From an uncultured delta proteobacterium (GTDB lineage: Bacteria > Desulfobacterota > Desulfobacteria > Desulfobacterales > B30-G6), in NCBI GenBank assembly GCA_963823335.1, contig CAWGLD010000007.1, positions 128,001-192,000 on the forward strand: a DNA stretch of 64,000 nt, written 5' to 3'. Below the pieces are notes generated by a model. It was given only the letters and a program-made list of their open reading frames with translations, did not search any database and was not told where the DNA came from. Shown here piece after piece: positions 30,138 through 41,834 of this stretch. Made by a program: the position numbers and the translations under genes. Position 1 is the first letter of the stretch; every line of letters begins with the position of its first letter.

Positions 30138-30884
30138 TTAAAAAGTTGGAACGATCAACTTAGGAAGGAACATGGCTTCCACTTCTTCCGTATATGTACC
30201 ATCTTCAGTGTAAATAATGATCGGCGGACCCACTTTCAGCCCCGGCCTCCCCTGCTTGACACCCTCTATCATCATGAGCTTTGAATCAGCCCCCCTTCTT
30301 GAATGGATAAAACGCACATTTTTAGGCTCGAGCCCGCAGGATTTCATATGATGGACCAACTCCGGTAGGCGCTCGGAAGTATAAACAAGCACAAACAGCC
30401 CGGCCCTTTTCAAAATGTCACTGGCGGTCTTTACAACATCAAGAAGGGTTACCTTGATTTCATGCCTTGCCACGGCCCGCTGCCGGTTCGGATTGATTCT
30501 TCCGGATGCAGCCTTGCGAAAAGGAGGATTGCTGACCACAATATCGACGGGTCCCTGAAACATGGCGGGTTGGATGGTGCGCATATCCCGACAGAAAATC
30601 CGGATACTTCCTTCCATCCTATTCTCCCTGACATTGACATCCGCTATGTCCGCCAGTTCTTTCTGGATCTCTATACCGAACATCTGGATCTCAGGGTGTC
30701 GAAAACCGGCGATCAGCGGCACAATACCGCAACCCGTTCCCAGGTCCACAACCCGCTCACCCAGTTTGGGTCTGACACGGTGTGCCAGAATAACAGCATC
30801 GATGGAGAACCGATATCCCACCCGCTCCTGCCTGACCGTCAGCTTGCCGTTAAAAAATGTATCCTGGGAAAATCTGGCTGGCAT
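30138..30884 (-). CDS. tRNA1(Val) adenine-37 N6-methyltransferase-like protein
   Basis: GYRFSIDA, DLGTGCG, SNPPF, ARHE. Confidence 0.88.
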   Translation of the reverse strand: MPARFSQDTFFNGKLTVRQERVGYRFSIDAVILAHRVRPKLGERVVDLGTGCGIVPLIAGFRHPEIQMFGIEIQKELADIADVNVRENRMEGSIRIFCRDMRTIQPAMFQGPVDIVVSNPPFRKAASGRINPNRQRAVARHEIKVTLLDVVKTASDILKRAGLFVLVYTSERLPELVHHMKSCGLEPKNVRFIHSRRGADSKLMMIEGVKQGRPGLKVGPPIIIYTEDGTYTEEVEAMFLPKLIVPTF

Positions 30885-31204
30885 CAGTCCACCGGACCGA
30901 TTTTAAATTTGATATCCTGCACCGAAACCTCTTTCAGTGCATGGTTGATCTTCCGGATAATCTCCGGCTTCAGAAATCTGAGTTGCTGCAGCCAGCTGGA
31001 ACTGGTGGCATTCACGATCAACAGATCACCCTTGAATGCTGCCGGACGCGTATTTGCCGCAATCACTTCTCCCACGGACGCTTCCCAGATATCCCAGACC
31101 TGGATCAGAGATGTGTCCGTTGCCAGACGATGATTCTTAAGCATCTCCCGGATCACACTGCCTAGATGAACAAACGCTCGTTTTTCTTTAACTGGTCTGG
31201 TCAT
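30884..31204 (-). CDS. DUF721/DciA-family protein
   Basis: W...VG..IA.NTRP......L.V...SS.W.Q.L. Confidence 0.85.
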   Translation of the reverse strand: MTRPVKEKRAFVHLGSVIREMLKNHRLATDTSLIQVWDIWEASVGEVIAANTRPAAFKGDLLIVNATSSSWLQQLRFLKPEIIRKINHALKEVSVQDIKFKIGPVD

Positions 31205-31215
31205 GCGCCTAACGT

Positions 31216-31269
31216 TTTTGTGTTTGGTGTTTTGTATTTTGTGTTTGGTGTTTGGTGTTTGGTGTTTTT
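31216..31269. repeat. Heptamer tract (TGTTTGG/TGTTTTG)n, family G
   Basis: About seven degenerate units; related arms at 58424-58555. Confidence 0.8.
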
Positions 31270-31341
31270 ACATATTTAAGACCAGGTTCGTCAATAAAAA
31301 CCCCTGCCGTTCCTGTCAAGATCTCATTTGTCCGTTTTTCC

Positions 31342-31370
31342 TTGACTTGGAGACCCTGGGATATTAGATT
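31342..31370 (+). promoter_or_regulatory. Putative sigma70 promoter of hflKC
   Basis: TTGACT-17 bp-TAGATT. Confidence 0.55.
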
Positions 31371-31453
31371 AATAACTTACATTTCATGTCGAATTCACCT
31401 ATAGCCGTATACATATTTAAAATCATCTATCACCCTATGACAAGGTAATTATT

Positions 31454-32485
31454 ATGAATTGGGATTGGGAAAAATTAAAAGAACAGCAACAGGATGGCAG
31501 AGGCATTCCACCGCAAGTGGACGAACTGTTCAAACAGTTCAAGAAACTCAAGCTCCCCGGGGGGGCTTTGATGATTCTGATCCTCGCGGCATTGTTTTTT
31601 GGGTCCTCGGTGGTCTTCACGATAAAGCAGGATGAGGTCGGGGTGATACAACGTTTCGGGAAATACGTACGTACCGAAGAGCCCGGCCTGAATTTCAAGC
31701 TGCCGGCAGGTATTGAAAAGGTCACCAAGGTCAATGTCAAACGTGTCAACACAGAAGAGTTCGGGGTTGCCACCACCAGCGGGGCTCAAAACTCCCGCTA
31801 CGTGACCACCAACGAAAACATGAACGTCGCCCTGATGCTGACCGGTGATCTGAATGTCGGCCTGGTCCCGTGGATCGTCCAGTACCGGATTAAAAACCCG
31901 TTCGATTATCTCTTCAAGGTCAAGGAACCCCGGAACCTGCTGATCGACATGTCAGAGGCAGCCATGAGACTGGTTGTGGGGGATCGAAGCATCAACGAGG
32001 TCATCAGCAAACGCGATGAAATCGCCGTCGAAGCCAAAAGAGTGTTGCAGTTGGAAATGGACCAGGCCGAATCAGGTGTCGACATCGTGACCATAGAAAT
32101 GAAGAAAACCAATGTTCCCGGACCGGTTCAGCCTTCCTTTAACGAGGTCAACCAGGCTACCCAGGAAAAAGAACAGACCATCTACCAGGCCAAGGAAGAT
32201 TACAACAAGGCCATACCTGCCGCCAGGGGTGAAGCGGACCGCACCATCAAGGCCGCCGAAGGTTATGCCCTGGAAAGAATCAACCTGGCCCAGGGTGACT
32301 CCACCAGATTTATTGCCTTCTACAACGAGTATGCCAAGGCCAAAGATGTGACCAAGCGAAGACTATACCTCGAGACCCTGAAAGACCTGTTCCCCAAACT
32401 CGGCAAAAAATACATTATCGATTCAGACCAGAAGAATCTTCTACCCCTACTCAATCTCGGCACAAAAGAAGGTGTGACCAAATGA
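31454..32485 (+). CDS. hflK: FtsH modulator HflK
   Basis: SPFH domain, MLTGD.N, F.EV..A.QE, P.ARGEA. Confidence 0.93.
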   Translation: MNWDWEKLKEQQQDGRGIPPQVDELFKQFKKLKLPGGALMILILAALFFGSSVVFTIKQDEVGVIQRFGKYVRTEEPGLNFKLPAGIEKVTKVNVKRVNTEEFGVATTSGAQNSRYVTTNENMNVALMLTGDLNVGLVPWIVQYRIKNPFDYLFKVKEPRNLLIDMSEAAMRLVVGDRSINEVISKRDEIAVEAKRVLQLEMDQAESGVDIVTIEMKKTNVPGPVQPSFNEVNQATQEKEQTIYQAKEDYNKAIPAARGEADRTIKAAEGYALERINLAQGDSTRFIAFYNEYAKAKDVTKRRLYLETLKDLFPKLGKKYIIDSDQKNLLPLLNLGTKEGVTK

Positions 32486-33423
32486 AATCAAAAGGTTTAC
32501 TCATAATTGTCGCGGCAGTCATCGTGATGCTTGTATACAATGGCGCCTATATTGTGGATGAAACCGAACAGGTCATCATTACCCAGTTCGGAAGGATTGT
32601 CGGTAGCCCAAAAATGAACCCCGGGCTAAAATTCAAACTGCCGTTTTTCCAAAAGGCAAATTTCTTTCCCAAGAATCTTCTCGGTTGGGATGGTGATCCC
32701 GGTCAGATTCCCACCCGTGATAAGACCTTTATCTGGGTTGATGCCTTTGCCAGGTGGAAAATTGTTGAGCCGGTCGCCTTTTTTCAGACAGTCAACAACC
32801 GCTTCAACGCCCTTGGAAAGCTGAACGACATCATCGATCCGGCTGTGCGCAACTTTATCACCTCTCACAGCCTCATCGAAGCGGTTCGAAACACCAACCG
32901 CGAAATGGATACCATTGAAATCGGTCTGGACGAGAGAGCCCAGCAAACCACCTACGCCGTTGAGGTCGGCAGGGCGAACATCACCAAAGGTATCCTGGCC
33001 CAGGCCCAGACCAAGCTGACACCCTTCGGTATCGAACTGGTGGATGTCAAAATCAAACGGATCAACTACGTGGAGCAGGTCAGGGACTCGGTCTATGGAA
33101 GGATGATTGCCGAACGAAGACAGATTGCCGAAAAATTCCGGTCAGAAGGTAAAGGAGAGGCCAGAAAAATACTGGGTGAAAAGGAAAGAGACCTGAAAAA
33201 GATCACTTCCGAAGCATACAAGACAGCCCAGGAAATCAAAGGCGCGGCCGATGCGGAGTCCACCAGGATATTTGCAGAAGCGTTTGGACGTGATCCGGAA
33301 TTTTACTCTTTTAGCAAAACCCTCGAACTTTATAGCGAGGCCCTGGATAAAGACAGCGAGTTGATTCTTTCGACGGATTCAGAGTTCTTCAAATATCTAA
33401 AAGGATATTCAGACACGCCTTAA
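32482..33423 (+). CDS. hflC: FtsH modulator HflC
   Basis: VDETEQ..ITQFG, RMIAER..IA..FRSEG, DPEFY.F. Confidence 0.93.
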   Translation: MKSKGLLIIVAAVIVMLVYNGAYIVDETEQVIITQFGRIVGSPKMNPGLKFKLPFFQKANFFPKNLLGWDGDPGQIPTRDKTFIWVDAFARWKIVEPVAFFQTVNNRFNALGKLNDIIDPAVRNFITSHSLIEAVRNTNREMDTIEIGLDERAQQTTYAVEVGRANITKGILAQAQTKLTPFGIELVDVKIKRINYVEQVRDSVYGRMIAERRQIAEKFRSEGKGEARKILGEKERDLKKITSEAYKTAQEIKGAADAESTRIFAEAFGRDPEFYSFSKTLELYSEALDKDSELILSTDSEFFKYLKGYSDTP

Positions 33424-33440
33424 AATCGTTGCACGATTTA

Positions 33441-33539
33441 TACCGCTTGTCATAATAATGTTCCGAAAATAGGGTGGCGGCATAAGGGGTTGTAGCAGAA
33501 AAAAAGTCCTCAATCGGAACGTTTTTCTGACAACCCCTA
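33441..33539 (-). mobile_element. Family A MITE, copy 3 (inverted)
   Basis: Reverse complement of 3425-3523; TA on both sides; adjoins a partial family E repeat. Confidence 0.85.
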
Positions 33540-33568
33540 TATATCCTGACAAACGAATATCAAAATAG

Positions 33569-33605
33569 AAAAGCACCGGAACTACCATTGGTACCGGTGC
33601 TTTTT
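33569..33605. terminator. Bidirectional intrinsic terminator
   Basis: AAAAGCACCGG...CCGGTGCTTTT between convergent genes. Confidence 0.75.
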
Positions 33606-33630
33606 ATTTAGAAGCTTAAAGCTTAAATCC

Positions 33631-33729
33631 TTATTTACCCTTTCTTCGCTGATGACGCGTTTTTGCCAACAGCTTTCGGTGCTTGTGCTTCCGCATTTTT
33701 TTACGACGTTTTTTAATAACACTACCCAA
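33631..33729 (-). CDS. 32-aa basic protein, bS22/AURKAIP1-COX24-like ribosomal protein (not in ORF track)
   Basis: TTG start after GGAGGTGA; MGSVIKKRRKKMRKHKHRKLLAKTRHQRRKGK. Confidence 0.9.
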   Translation of the reverse strand: MGSVIKKRRKKMRKHKHRKLLAKTRHQRRKGK

Positions 33730-33916
33730 TTGATCACCTCCAATCTAAACTGATTCTATGAATATAACTTTATTCTATAACAGTTCTATACTGTACATGT
33801 CCATACTTTTTAACACTCTTTTGATTTTTTTTGTCTGTCGCTTCACAGGATCATGTTGATCCAATTAAACAGTCATGTTACTATAACCCATCTAAAAAAA
33901 GATTAAAGGCCTCCTA

Positions 33917-34456
33917 TTGAGAAAAAGACAGCTTTTTTTAAAAGGCCACATCCACGTGGTCAACGAGTCAGTTGCCATGGCGGAAGAGCTTGTCAGTGAA
34001 TACTACAAGATGTCTGCTTCCGAATGGCTCAGACCAAAATTCGATGTCAAGACCCGCATCGACCTTTCAACGGATGAGATTGTTCCAGGCCCATTCGCGC
34101 AGGTTGTCCGCTATGAGGGCCGTCACAAAAACGCTTCGTTGGGATCGTCGTCCTATGACTATTACAAAATCTGTCTGCAGGATCATGAAATTCTTGCGGC
34201 AATAGATAAATATCAGCAACTGGAGCTTCTCCCGTTTACACTCTACATCCTCACCCATGAACTCATTCACATCGTCCGATTCAGTAAATTTCTGCAGAGT
34301 TTCAGTGCCGAACGCGAAGAAAGAATGGCTGAAGAATCAAGGGTTCATGAGCTGACCCATAAAATTCTCCGTCCGGTCCGCATTGACGGCCTCCCAGAGG
34401 TTCTCGATTTTTATATCCAATGGCGCGAGCCCATCGACGAGCTTGAAATTTCTTAA
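33917..34456 (+). CDS. Hypothetical protein with HExxH motif
   Basis: THELIH followed by EE; start uncertain. Confidence 0.7.
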   Translation: MRKRQLFLKGHIHVVNESVAMAEELVSEYYKMSASEWLRPKFDVKTRIDLSTDEIVPGPFAQVVRYEGRHKNASLGSSSYDYYKICLQDHEILAAIDKYQQLELLPFTLYILTHELIHIVRFSKFLQSFSAEREERMAEESRVHELTHKILRPVRIDGLPEVLDFYIQWREPIDELEIS

Positions 34457-34608
34457 ATCCAAATATCAAATGCTCAGATGATTGAAGAGCCTCGCGCCAA
34501 GCTACGAAGAATCTCTGACCTGGCCCAAAGGACCAGGTTTTTAATGACGGAATAAAATCCCGTATTTATGACATCTGTTATAAAATGATCATATTGTGTT
34601 TCACTCTC

Positions 34609-34636
34609 TTGACAACGCAAAAACACTCACTATATT
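34609..34636 (+). promoter_or_regulatory. Putative sigma70 promoter
   Basis: TTGACA-16 bp-TATATT. Confidence 0.5.
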
Positions 34637-34691
34637 AGTTCTAAATTTGGTCTAAGTACTTGTTTACAACACATTTTTCAGGAGAAAGCAC

Positions 34692-35024
34692 ATGCCCATT
34701 TATGAGTATCAATGTAAAAAATGCGGCACGATCGAAGAAGCCCTTCAAAAATTTTCCGACAAGCCCCTATCCAAGTGTAAACACTGTTCCGGGAAACTTC
34801 ACAAACTTGTTTCCCAAAGCAGCTTCCATTTGAAAGGATCGGGATGGTACGTAACCGATTATGCCAACAAGTCCAAGGATACAGCAGCCACTCCCGAAAA
34901 AAAGAATGCGGACCTTGATTCTGCCAAGCCAGAAAAAGAAGCCTCACCCGGGAAAATGACCTCGGCCTCATCTGATAAAAAAACCATTCAAAACAAAGGG
35001 ACCGACAACACCAAGAAACCTTAA
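34692..35024 (+). CDS. FmdB-family zinc ribbon protein
   Basis: MPIYEY.C..CG...C..C...F.LKGSGWY.TDY. Confidence 0.92.
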   Translation: MPIYEYQCKKCGTIEEALQKFSDKPLSKCKHCSGKLHKLVSQSSFHLKGSGWYVTDYANKSKDTAATPEKKNADLDSAKPEKEASPGKMTSASSDKKTIQNKGTDNTKKP

Positions 35025-35153
35025 AAACAGCTCTTTACAAACATGAATGTGTGCTTATTTTTGATTAACAATTTTTTGCCAACCATTTAAGAAGCTATTT
35101 CAAACAGCAAGTTTCACTTACCAAAGAACGTTAAGAAAAGGAGAGAAGGAAGA

Positions 35154-35441
35154 ATGAAACTGAGACCATTACAGGACCGAATTCTGGTACAACGTGTTGC
35201 AGAGGAAACAACCACCAAGGGCGGCATCATCATTCCGGATACCGCTAAAGAAAAACCGGCAGAAGGCAAAGTCACTGCCATTGGAAACGGAAAAGTCGGT
35301 GATGATGGGAAACGGATTCCCCTTGAGATTAAAAAGGGCGACCGGATCCTTTTCGGCAAATATTCAGGCACCGAGGTTAAGATCGAAGGCGACGAATATC
35401 TGATCATGCGTGAAGACGATGTTCTTGGCATAATTGAATAA
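35154..35441 (+). CDS. groES: Co-chaperonin GroES
   Basis: [22 protein letters not shown]. Confidence 0.98.
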   Translation: MKLRPLQDRILVQRVAEETTTKGGIIIPDTAKEKPAEGKVTAIGNGKVGDDGKRIPLEIKKGDRILFGKYSGTEVKIEGDEYLIMREDDVLGIIE

Positions 35442-37130
<1,689 letters not shown>

Positions 37131-37162
37131 GCTTATCTACCCATCTGTTACAAACATTATAC

Positions 37163-37197
37163 AAAGCCCTTATGCATGACTGCATAAGGGCTTTTTT
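37163..37197 (+). terminator. Intrinsic terminator of groESL
   Basis: AAAGCCCTTATGCA-TGAC-TGCATAAGGGCTTT-TTT. Confidence 0.9.
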
Positions 37198-37285
37198 ATT
37201 GAAATGCTTGACAAAACACCTAAAATTGAGGTATTTAAGTGGACTGTCGACTGCAAATGCCAACCGATAACATAAATGGAGATGT

Positions 37286-38365
37286 GTGATGAACGGCAAA
37301 CACCTTATGCAGGTATTCAAGTACTTGACCGTATCCGCTGCTATAACTCTCGCCTTCTCACCCGGCGTTACAGCAGATACCGTCGAAGAAACCATAGATC
37401 ACGAAGCCGGATTCTACTACACGATCCAGCGAGGGGATACGCTCTGGGACTTGTCGGACAAATTTTTTGACTCACCGTGGTACTGGCCCGAATTGTGGCA
37501 GGAAAACGAACAGATCCCCAATCCTCACTGGATCTATCCTGGTGAGCGGATTCGGCTTTTTCAAAAACAGGGTAAAGATACTTTCACTTTCAATATCCCG
37601 GAACCTGAAATCGTTGCTCAGGAAAGTGCCGTCGAAATCGTCCAGGAGCCACCCAAACCGGAAGAAAAGACCGTTTATTATTCGTACCCGCCCATGGACG
37701 CCGTCGGCTTCATCCGCAAGGAAGCCGTCACCCCCCTTGGGTTTATCTTCAAAGTCAAAGACGATAATGTTCTGATCCATGAGGGCAACACGGTCTATAT
37801 CAGTTATGCAGACAAAGACGCCCGTCCCATTATGCAGGGCGGCAAGTACACGATCTATCGAAAACTGGATCCCACGACAGACCTCAAGCGGAACCGGCAG
37901 TTGGGAGGCCAGTATTACATTCTCGGTATCGTTGAAGTCACCCGGCTGGAAGCGGATTTTGTCATTGCAAAAGTCCTCAAATCCTTCCGCGCACTTGCCA
38001 TCAACGATTTTATTCTGCCTTACGAACAACGGCCGTCCAAGATTCCCATTTCAAAAGGTGTTCCCGATTTAGTCGGAAAAATCATCGTCTCGGAAGAGCA
38101 TGCTGAACTCATCGGTGACATGACACTGGCATTCATCGACAAAGGCAAGACCGACAAGGTCAAGGAAGGGCAGATTTACAACATTTATTACCAGGAAAAA
38201 GAAAAGGTGAAGATGCAGGGAAAAGAATCGGTGATTCTCACCCCGGTTGAATATGGCCAGCTCATCGTCCTGCACACCGAACAGGAAACCGCCACCGTGC
38301 TGGTTACCCAGACCGACAAGTCCGCATATCCGGACGCACTGATCCACACACCGCCGACCGAGTAA
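37286..38365 (+). CDS. LysM peptidoglycan-binding protein (TsaP-like)
   Basis: Signal peptide; YTI..GDTLWD...WPELW..N..I.NPHWIYPG. Confidence 0.85.
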   Translation: MMNGKHLMQVFKYLTVSAAITLAFSPGVTADTVEETIDHEAGFYYTIQRGDTLWDLSDKFFDSPWYWPELWQENEQIPNPHWIYPGERIRLFQKQGKDTFTFNIPEPEIVAQESAVEIVQEPPKPEEKTVYYSYPPMDAVGFIRKEAVTPLGFIFKVKDDNVLIHEGNTVYISYADKDARPIMQGGKYTIYRKLDPTTDLKRNRQLGGQYYILGIVEVTRLEADFVIAKVLKSFRALAINDFILPYEQRPSKIPISKGVPDLVGKIIVSEEHAELIGDMTLAFIDKGKTDKVKEGQIYNIYYQEKEKVKMQGKESVILTPVEYGQLIVLHTEQETATVLVTQTDKSAYPDALIHTPPTE

Positions 38366-38368
38366 ATC

Positions 38369-38412
38369 AAAATATTTTCGCTCAGACCAATGGGCCTGAG
38401 CGAAAATATTTT
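38369..38412. terminator. Hairpin after the LysM gene
   Basis: AAAATATTTTCGCTCAG...CTGAGCGAAAATATTTT. Confidence 0.6.
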
Positions 38413-38461
38413 ACCCCAAAGTAATTTAGTTTTTTTCAGAATACTGTTCAAAAAACAGCTA

Positions 38462-38709
38462 TAGAAGCCGTCTTATAGGGGTTGTCAGAAAAATGTTCCG
38501 ATTGAGGACCTTTTTTCTGCTACAACCCCTTATGCCGCCATCCTATTTTCGGAACAATATTATGACAAGCGGTATAAAAATAGGATTTTGGTTCAAGATC
38601 AAGGCAAGGTTGAGTTTCAATCCGGAGGAATACTTCTGTATTTCGAGGAATTGGAACTCAAACTCAACGCAGAGATTGGGCCAAAAGACTTTTTTGAGGC
38701 AGCTTCTTA
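38462..38709. mobile_element. Family B hairpin at the ATPase stop, interrupted by family A MITE copy 4 (38476-38574)
   Basis: Removing the MITE and one TA restores colinearity with 26482-26627. Confidence 0.85.
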
Positions 38710-40527
38710 TTGTTCCCAGGTAACCCGCATAACCTCCTGATAGGTGGTAACCCCGGCCAGAAACTTGCCGATGGCGTTTTCGCGCAGGCTCACCATGCCC
38801 TCTTCCACGGCTTTCTCCCTTATGGCGGCAAGATCTGTTGTCTCGGTGGTCAGCTTCCGAATGGACTCGGTGAAGGGTAAAACCTCATGAATACCTATAC
38901 GACCTTTATAGCCGGTTCCCCGGCAGTGCTGACACCCTTTACCGCGGTATACCGTGACCGTTTCAGCTTTTTCGAGATGAAGCCCCATCTGTTTCAACCC
39001 GGCCGTATCGATCTGAACAGCCTCTTTGCAGCGTTCACAAATCTTGCGCACCAGGCGCTGGGAAACGATTCCCCGCAGGGTCGCCTGGATCAGAAAGGGC
39101 GGCACCCCGAGATCGATCAAGCGGGTGATGGAAGCGGGCGCATCATTGGTGTGCAGTGTCGAAAGGACCAGATGCCCGGTCAACGCCGCCTGAATGGCAT
39201 TCTCGGCCGTCTCCAGGTCGCGCATCTCCCCTATCATGATGACATCCGGGTCCTGCCGTAGAATATTCCTCAAAATTGAGCCAAAGGTGACACCCACCAC
39301 CGGATTTACCGCTATCTGGTTGAAATCCTCATGAACCATTTCGATGGGATCCTCAATGGTCGTAATGTTAATTTCAGGGGTATAGACACTTCGCAGCGTG
39401 GAGTACAGTGTCGTAGACTTGCCGCTCCCGGTGGGCCCACACACCAGCACGATACCGTTGGGCATATGAATAAACTGGTTGTAACGGATCAGGTCCGTGG
39501 GGGTAAACCCCAGCTCGTCCAGATCCTGGAACAGAATATCCGGATCCATGATCCGCATGACCACCTTTTCTCCAAAAGCCGTGGGGATCATGGATACACG
39601 GATTTCAACCTCGACACCCTCTTTTTCGGTTTTGATGCGCCCGTCCTGGGGCCGCCGCTTTTCGGCCATGTCGATCCGGGAGAGGTTCTTGATGCGGCTG
39701 ACAATGGCCGGGTGCACTTTTTTAGGAATCCTGTGGACCGTGTGCAGGACACCATCGATACGCATCCTGACCATACTGGTATCCCGCTTAGGTTCGATAT
39801 GAATGTCGCTGGCCCGCTGATCAAATGCATAGGTAAAGAGATGGCTCACGGCATTGACGATATGTGAGTCATTGGATGGGAGTTCATCCACAGACTTTAG
39901 CCGCACATACTGTTCCAGGTTCCCAAGGTCCACAATAGGTGCATTGAACTGGTTTTCAGCAGCGGCAATAGAACGCTTGAAGCCGAAAAATTCATGGATG
40001 AGTTTCAGAATGTCTGTTCGTGTGCTTACCACCACGGAGACGTCAAATTTACTGGCTCTGGCAATGTCTTCCAGGACTTCCGTATTGAAGGGATTGGCAG
40101 TAGCCACGGTCAGCCGTCCTTCACTGATGGCTATGGGAAGCACCAGATGCTTAATGGCAAAATTCCGGGGAATCGTGGTCGTGACCACATTGAGGTCCAG
40201 CTTTACAGGATCGACTTTTTTAAATGGAATTTTCCATTCCTCAGCCAGCGCAAGGTAGATTGCCTCTTCGTCAAGGACACGCTCCGGGCGCGATTGCTGC
40301 TTCAAATTCAGCACAGCGATTACATCGATCATGGTAACAGGCGTTTCAATGCGTGACGATGGCAGATCTGAATCGAGGTTTTTTTTGCGTTGCTTGGAAA
40401 GTTTTGTTTTTAAGGAATTCTTTCTCTTGAGAATTTCATCTGCTTTGGATGCCGAAATCAGTTGATGCTTGACAAGAGCCTGACAGATATTTTCATCCGA
40501 GAGGGGATGGTTGGCATCAAAGGGCAT
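38707..40527 (-). CDS. GspE/PilB-family secretion or pilus assembly ATPase
   Basis: ASDIHIEP, GPTGSGKSTT, LRQDPD.IMIGE.RD, TGHLV.STLH, tetracysteine motif. Confidence 0.95.
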   Translation of the reverse strand: MPFDANHPLSDENICQALVKHQLISASKADEILKRKNSLKTKLSKQRKKNLDSDLPSSRIETPVTMIDVIAVLNLKQQSRPERVLDEEAIYLALAEEWKIPFKKVDPVKLDLNVVTTTIPRNFAIKHLVLPIAISEGRLTVATANPFNTEVLEDIARASKFDVSVVVSTRTDILKLIHEFFGFKRSIAAAENQFNAPIVDLGNLEQYVRLKSVDELPSNDSHIVNAVSHLFTYAFDQRASDIHIEPKRDTSMVRMRIDGVLHTVHRIPKKVHPAIVSRIKNLSRIDMAEKRRPQDGRIKTEKEGVEVEIRVSMIPTAFGEKVVMRIMDPDILFQDLDELGFTPTDLIRYNQFIHMPNGIVLVCGPTGSGKSTTLYSTLRSVYTPEINITTIEDPIEMVHEDFNQIAVNPVVGVTFGSILRNILRQDPDVIMIGEMRDLETAENAIQAALTGHLVLSTLHTNDAPASITRLIDLGVPPFLIQATLRGIVSQRLVRKICERCKEAVQIDTAGLKQMGLHLEKAETVTVYRGKGCQHCRGTGYKGRIGIHEVLPFTESIRKLTTETTDLAAIREKAVEEGMVSLRENAIGKFLAGVTTYQEVMRVTWEQ

Positions 40528-40658
40528 GGGATCGGGTTATCCTTATTTTGAGTGCATAAATACTGCGTGCAGGTATAAAAATTTCTCAAGTTCCCAATAC
40601 TGAGGGTCGGCGCTATAAGCTTTAAGCTATAAGCGGAAAGCTGCTTACTGCATATAGC

Positions 40659-41132
40659 TTATGGCTTACTGCTTTCCGTGGCAGCTTCCTGATAAGCCTG
40701 CACTTTTTCCCGAAACGCTTTCTGCTTGACTTCGTAAATTTTCAACCGGGCATGGTAATCCTGGATCTTTTTTTCATGAGCGGCGATCTCTTCCGGCGTG
40801 CCGGGTGGTGGAGCCGATTCAAGACGTTGGCGCATCTCCACCAACTGACTGTATTCATTGTCGAGAACCCCCTTTTCATCCGTGAGTTCCTTTTCAACGG
40901 TCTGGGCTGTCGTCTGCTCAGAAATAGTATCAGGTGCTTGCTCAGCCACGGCCGGCTTTGTCTTGATCTCCTGATATTGATCAATATTTTCCCGTTGTGC
41001 AACAGGCACTTCTGTGAGATTGTCCGTAAAACGAAGTATGCCGTTTTGGTCCCGGTATTTGTAAATCTCTGCCGAAGAAAACATCGGCAGCACCAGCAAG
41101 GCCAGGAGCATGGTTACGATTTGCTTCATCAC
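40659..41132 (-). CDS. DUF4124-domain exported protein
   Basis: Signal peptide; IYKY.D.NG...FTD; coiled-coil tail. Confidence 0.8.
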   Translation of the reverse strand: MMKQIVTMLLALLVLPMFSSAEIYKYRDQNGILRFTDNLTEVPVAQRENIDQYQEIKTKPAVAEQAPDTISEQTTAQTVEKELTDEKGVLDNEYSQLVEMRQRLESAPPPGTPEEIAAHEKKIQDYHARLKIYEVKQKAFREKVQAYQEAATESSKP

Positions 41133-41171
41133 GATGTATCCTCCATTGTAAGCGCTATTTTTCTGCGGTTT

Positions 41172-41579
41172 CTATTTTTTGATGGGTGCAGACCATGCCG
41201 TCCTGGCGCCGCTCAACGGCCCTTTGTAGATAATCCGCCATACAAAAGGATTGTTGAGTCTACCCGGTTCATATTGGAGCTCTGCCGTGCAGGGCACCAG
41301 CATTTTTGCCAGCTCCATAACGTTGCCTTTTTTGTCCACCACTTCGGTTGACTCCGTCACCAGAAAATTCATGTATCGGGTCTGTATCATCTCCGGCGTC
41401 TTGCCGATGATCCTGAGATTGATACTCTTGGTGCGCACATCATCAGGACTTGCAACTAGGCGCCGACGCTGCTGGGCGCTCTCCTGAGCGACGACGGTTC
41501 CCAGGAGAACCATCTGGCATGCCAGGGCAAAAATCAGAATTGCCGTCAGTCTATTTGGCCATCTTTTCAATATTTTCAT
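41172..41579 (-). CDS. Hypothetical exported protein
   Basis: Signal-peptide-like N-terminus; AGGTGG RBS; same strand as the pil cluster. Confidence 0.65.
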   Translation of the reverse strand: MKILKRWPNRLTAILIFALACQMVLLGTVVAQESAQQRRRLVASPDDVRTKSINLRIIGKTPEMIQTRYMNFLVTESTEVVDKKGNVMELAKMLVPCTAELQYEPGRLNNPFVWRIIYKGPLSGARTAWSAPIKK

Positions 41580-41656
41580 GATGCCACCTTTTCTGTCATG
41601 TTTATGGCTGATTATTCATATAATATTTTCATTATGTATCGAAAATCTATCCGTGC

Positions 41657-41834
41657 TTACGCGGATCTTTCACGCCTCTGATGGGTTCATTTACAAGGCA
41701 TTCAGGAATGCAGCTGTAGTATATTCTACTGCAAATTCCTGATAACGCGGTAAATGGGCCCATCAGAGAGCGCCCGAAGGGTGAAAGTTGACGAGCAAAA
41801 ATGCTCGCCAACTTTCATGAAATATCCGCGTTTA
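41657..41834. mobile_element. Family B hairpin (with side hairpins) at the pilY1 stop
   Basis: ACGCGGAT...ATCCGCGT ends; CAAGGCA at 41694, AACGCGG at 41744. Confidence 0.7.

Noticed and set aside
34635-34662. CIRCE operator for groESL
   Set aside because: TTAGTTCTA...AAGTACTTG is too far from TTAGCACTC-N9-GAGTGCTAA
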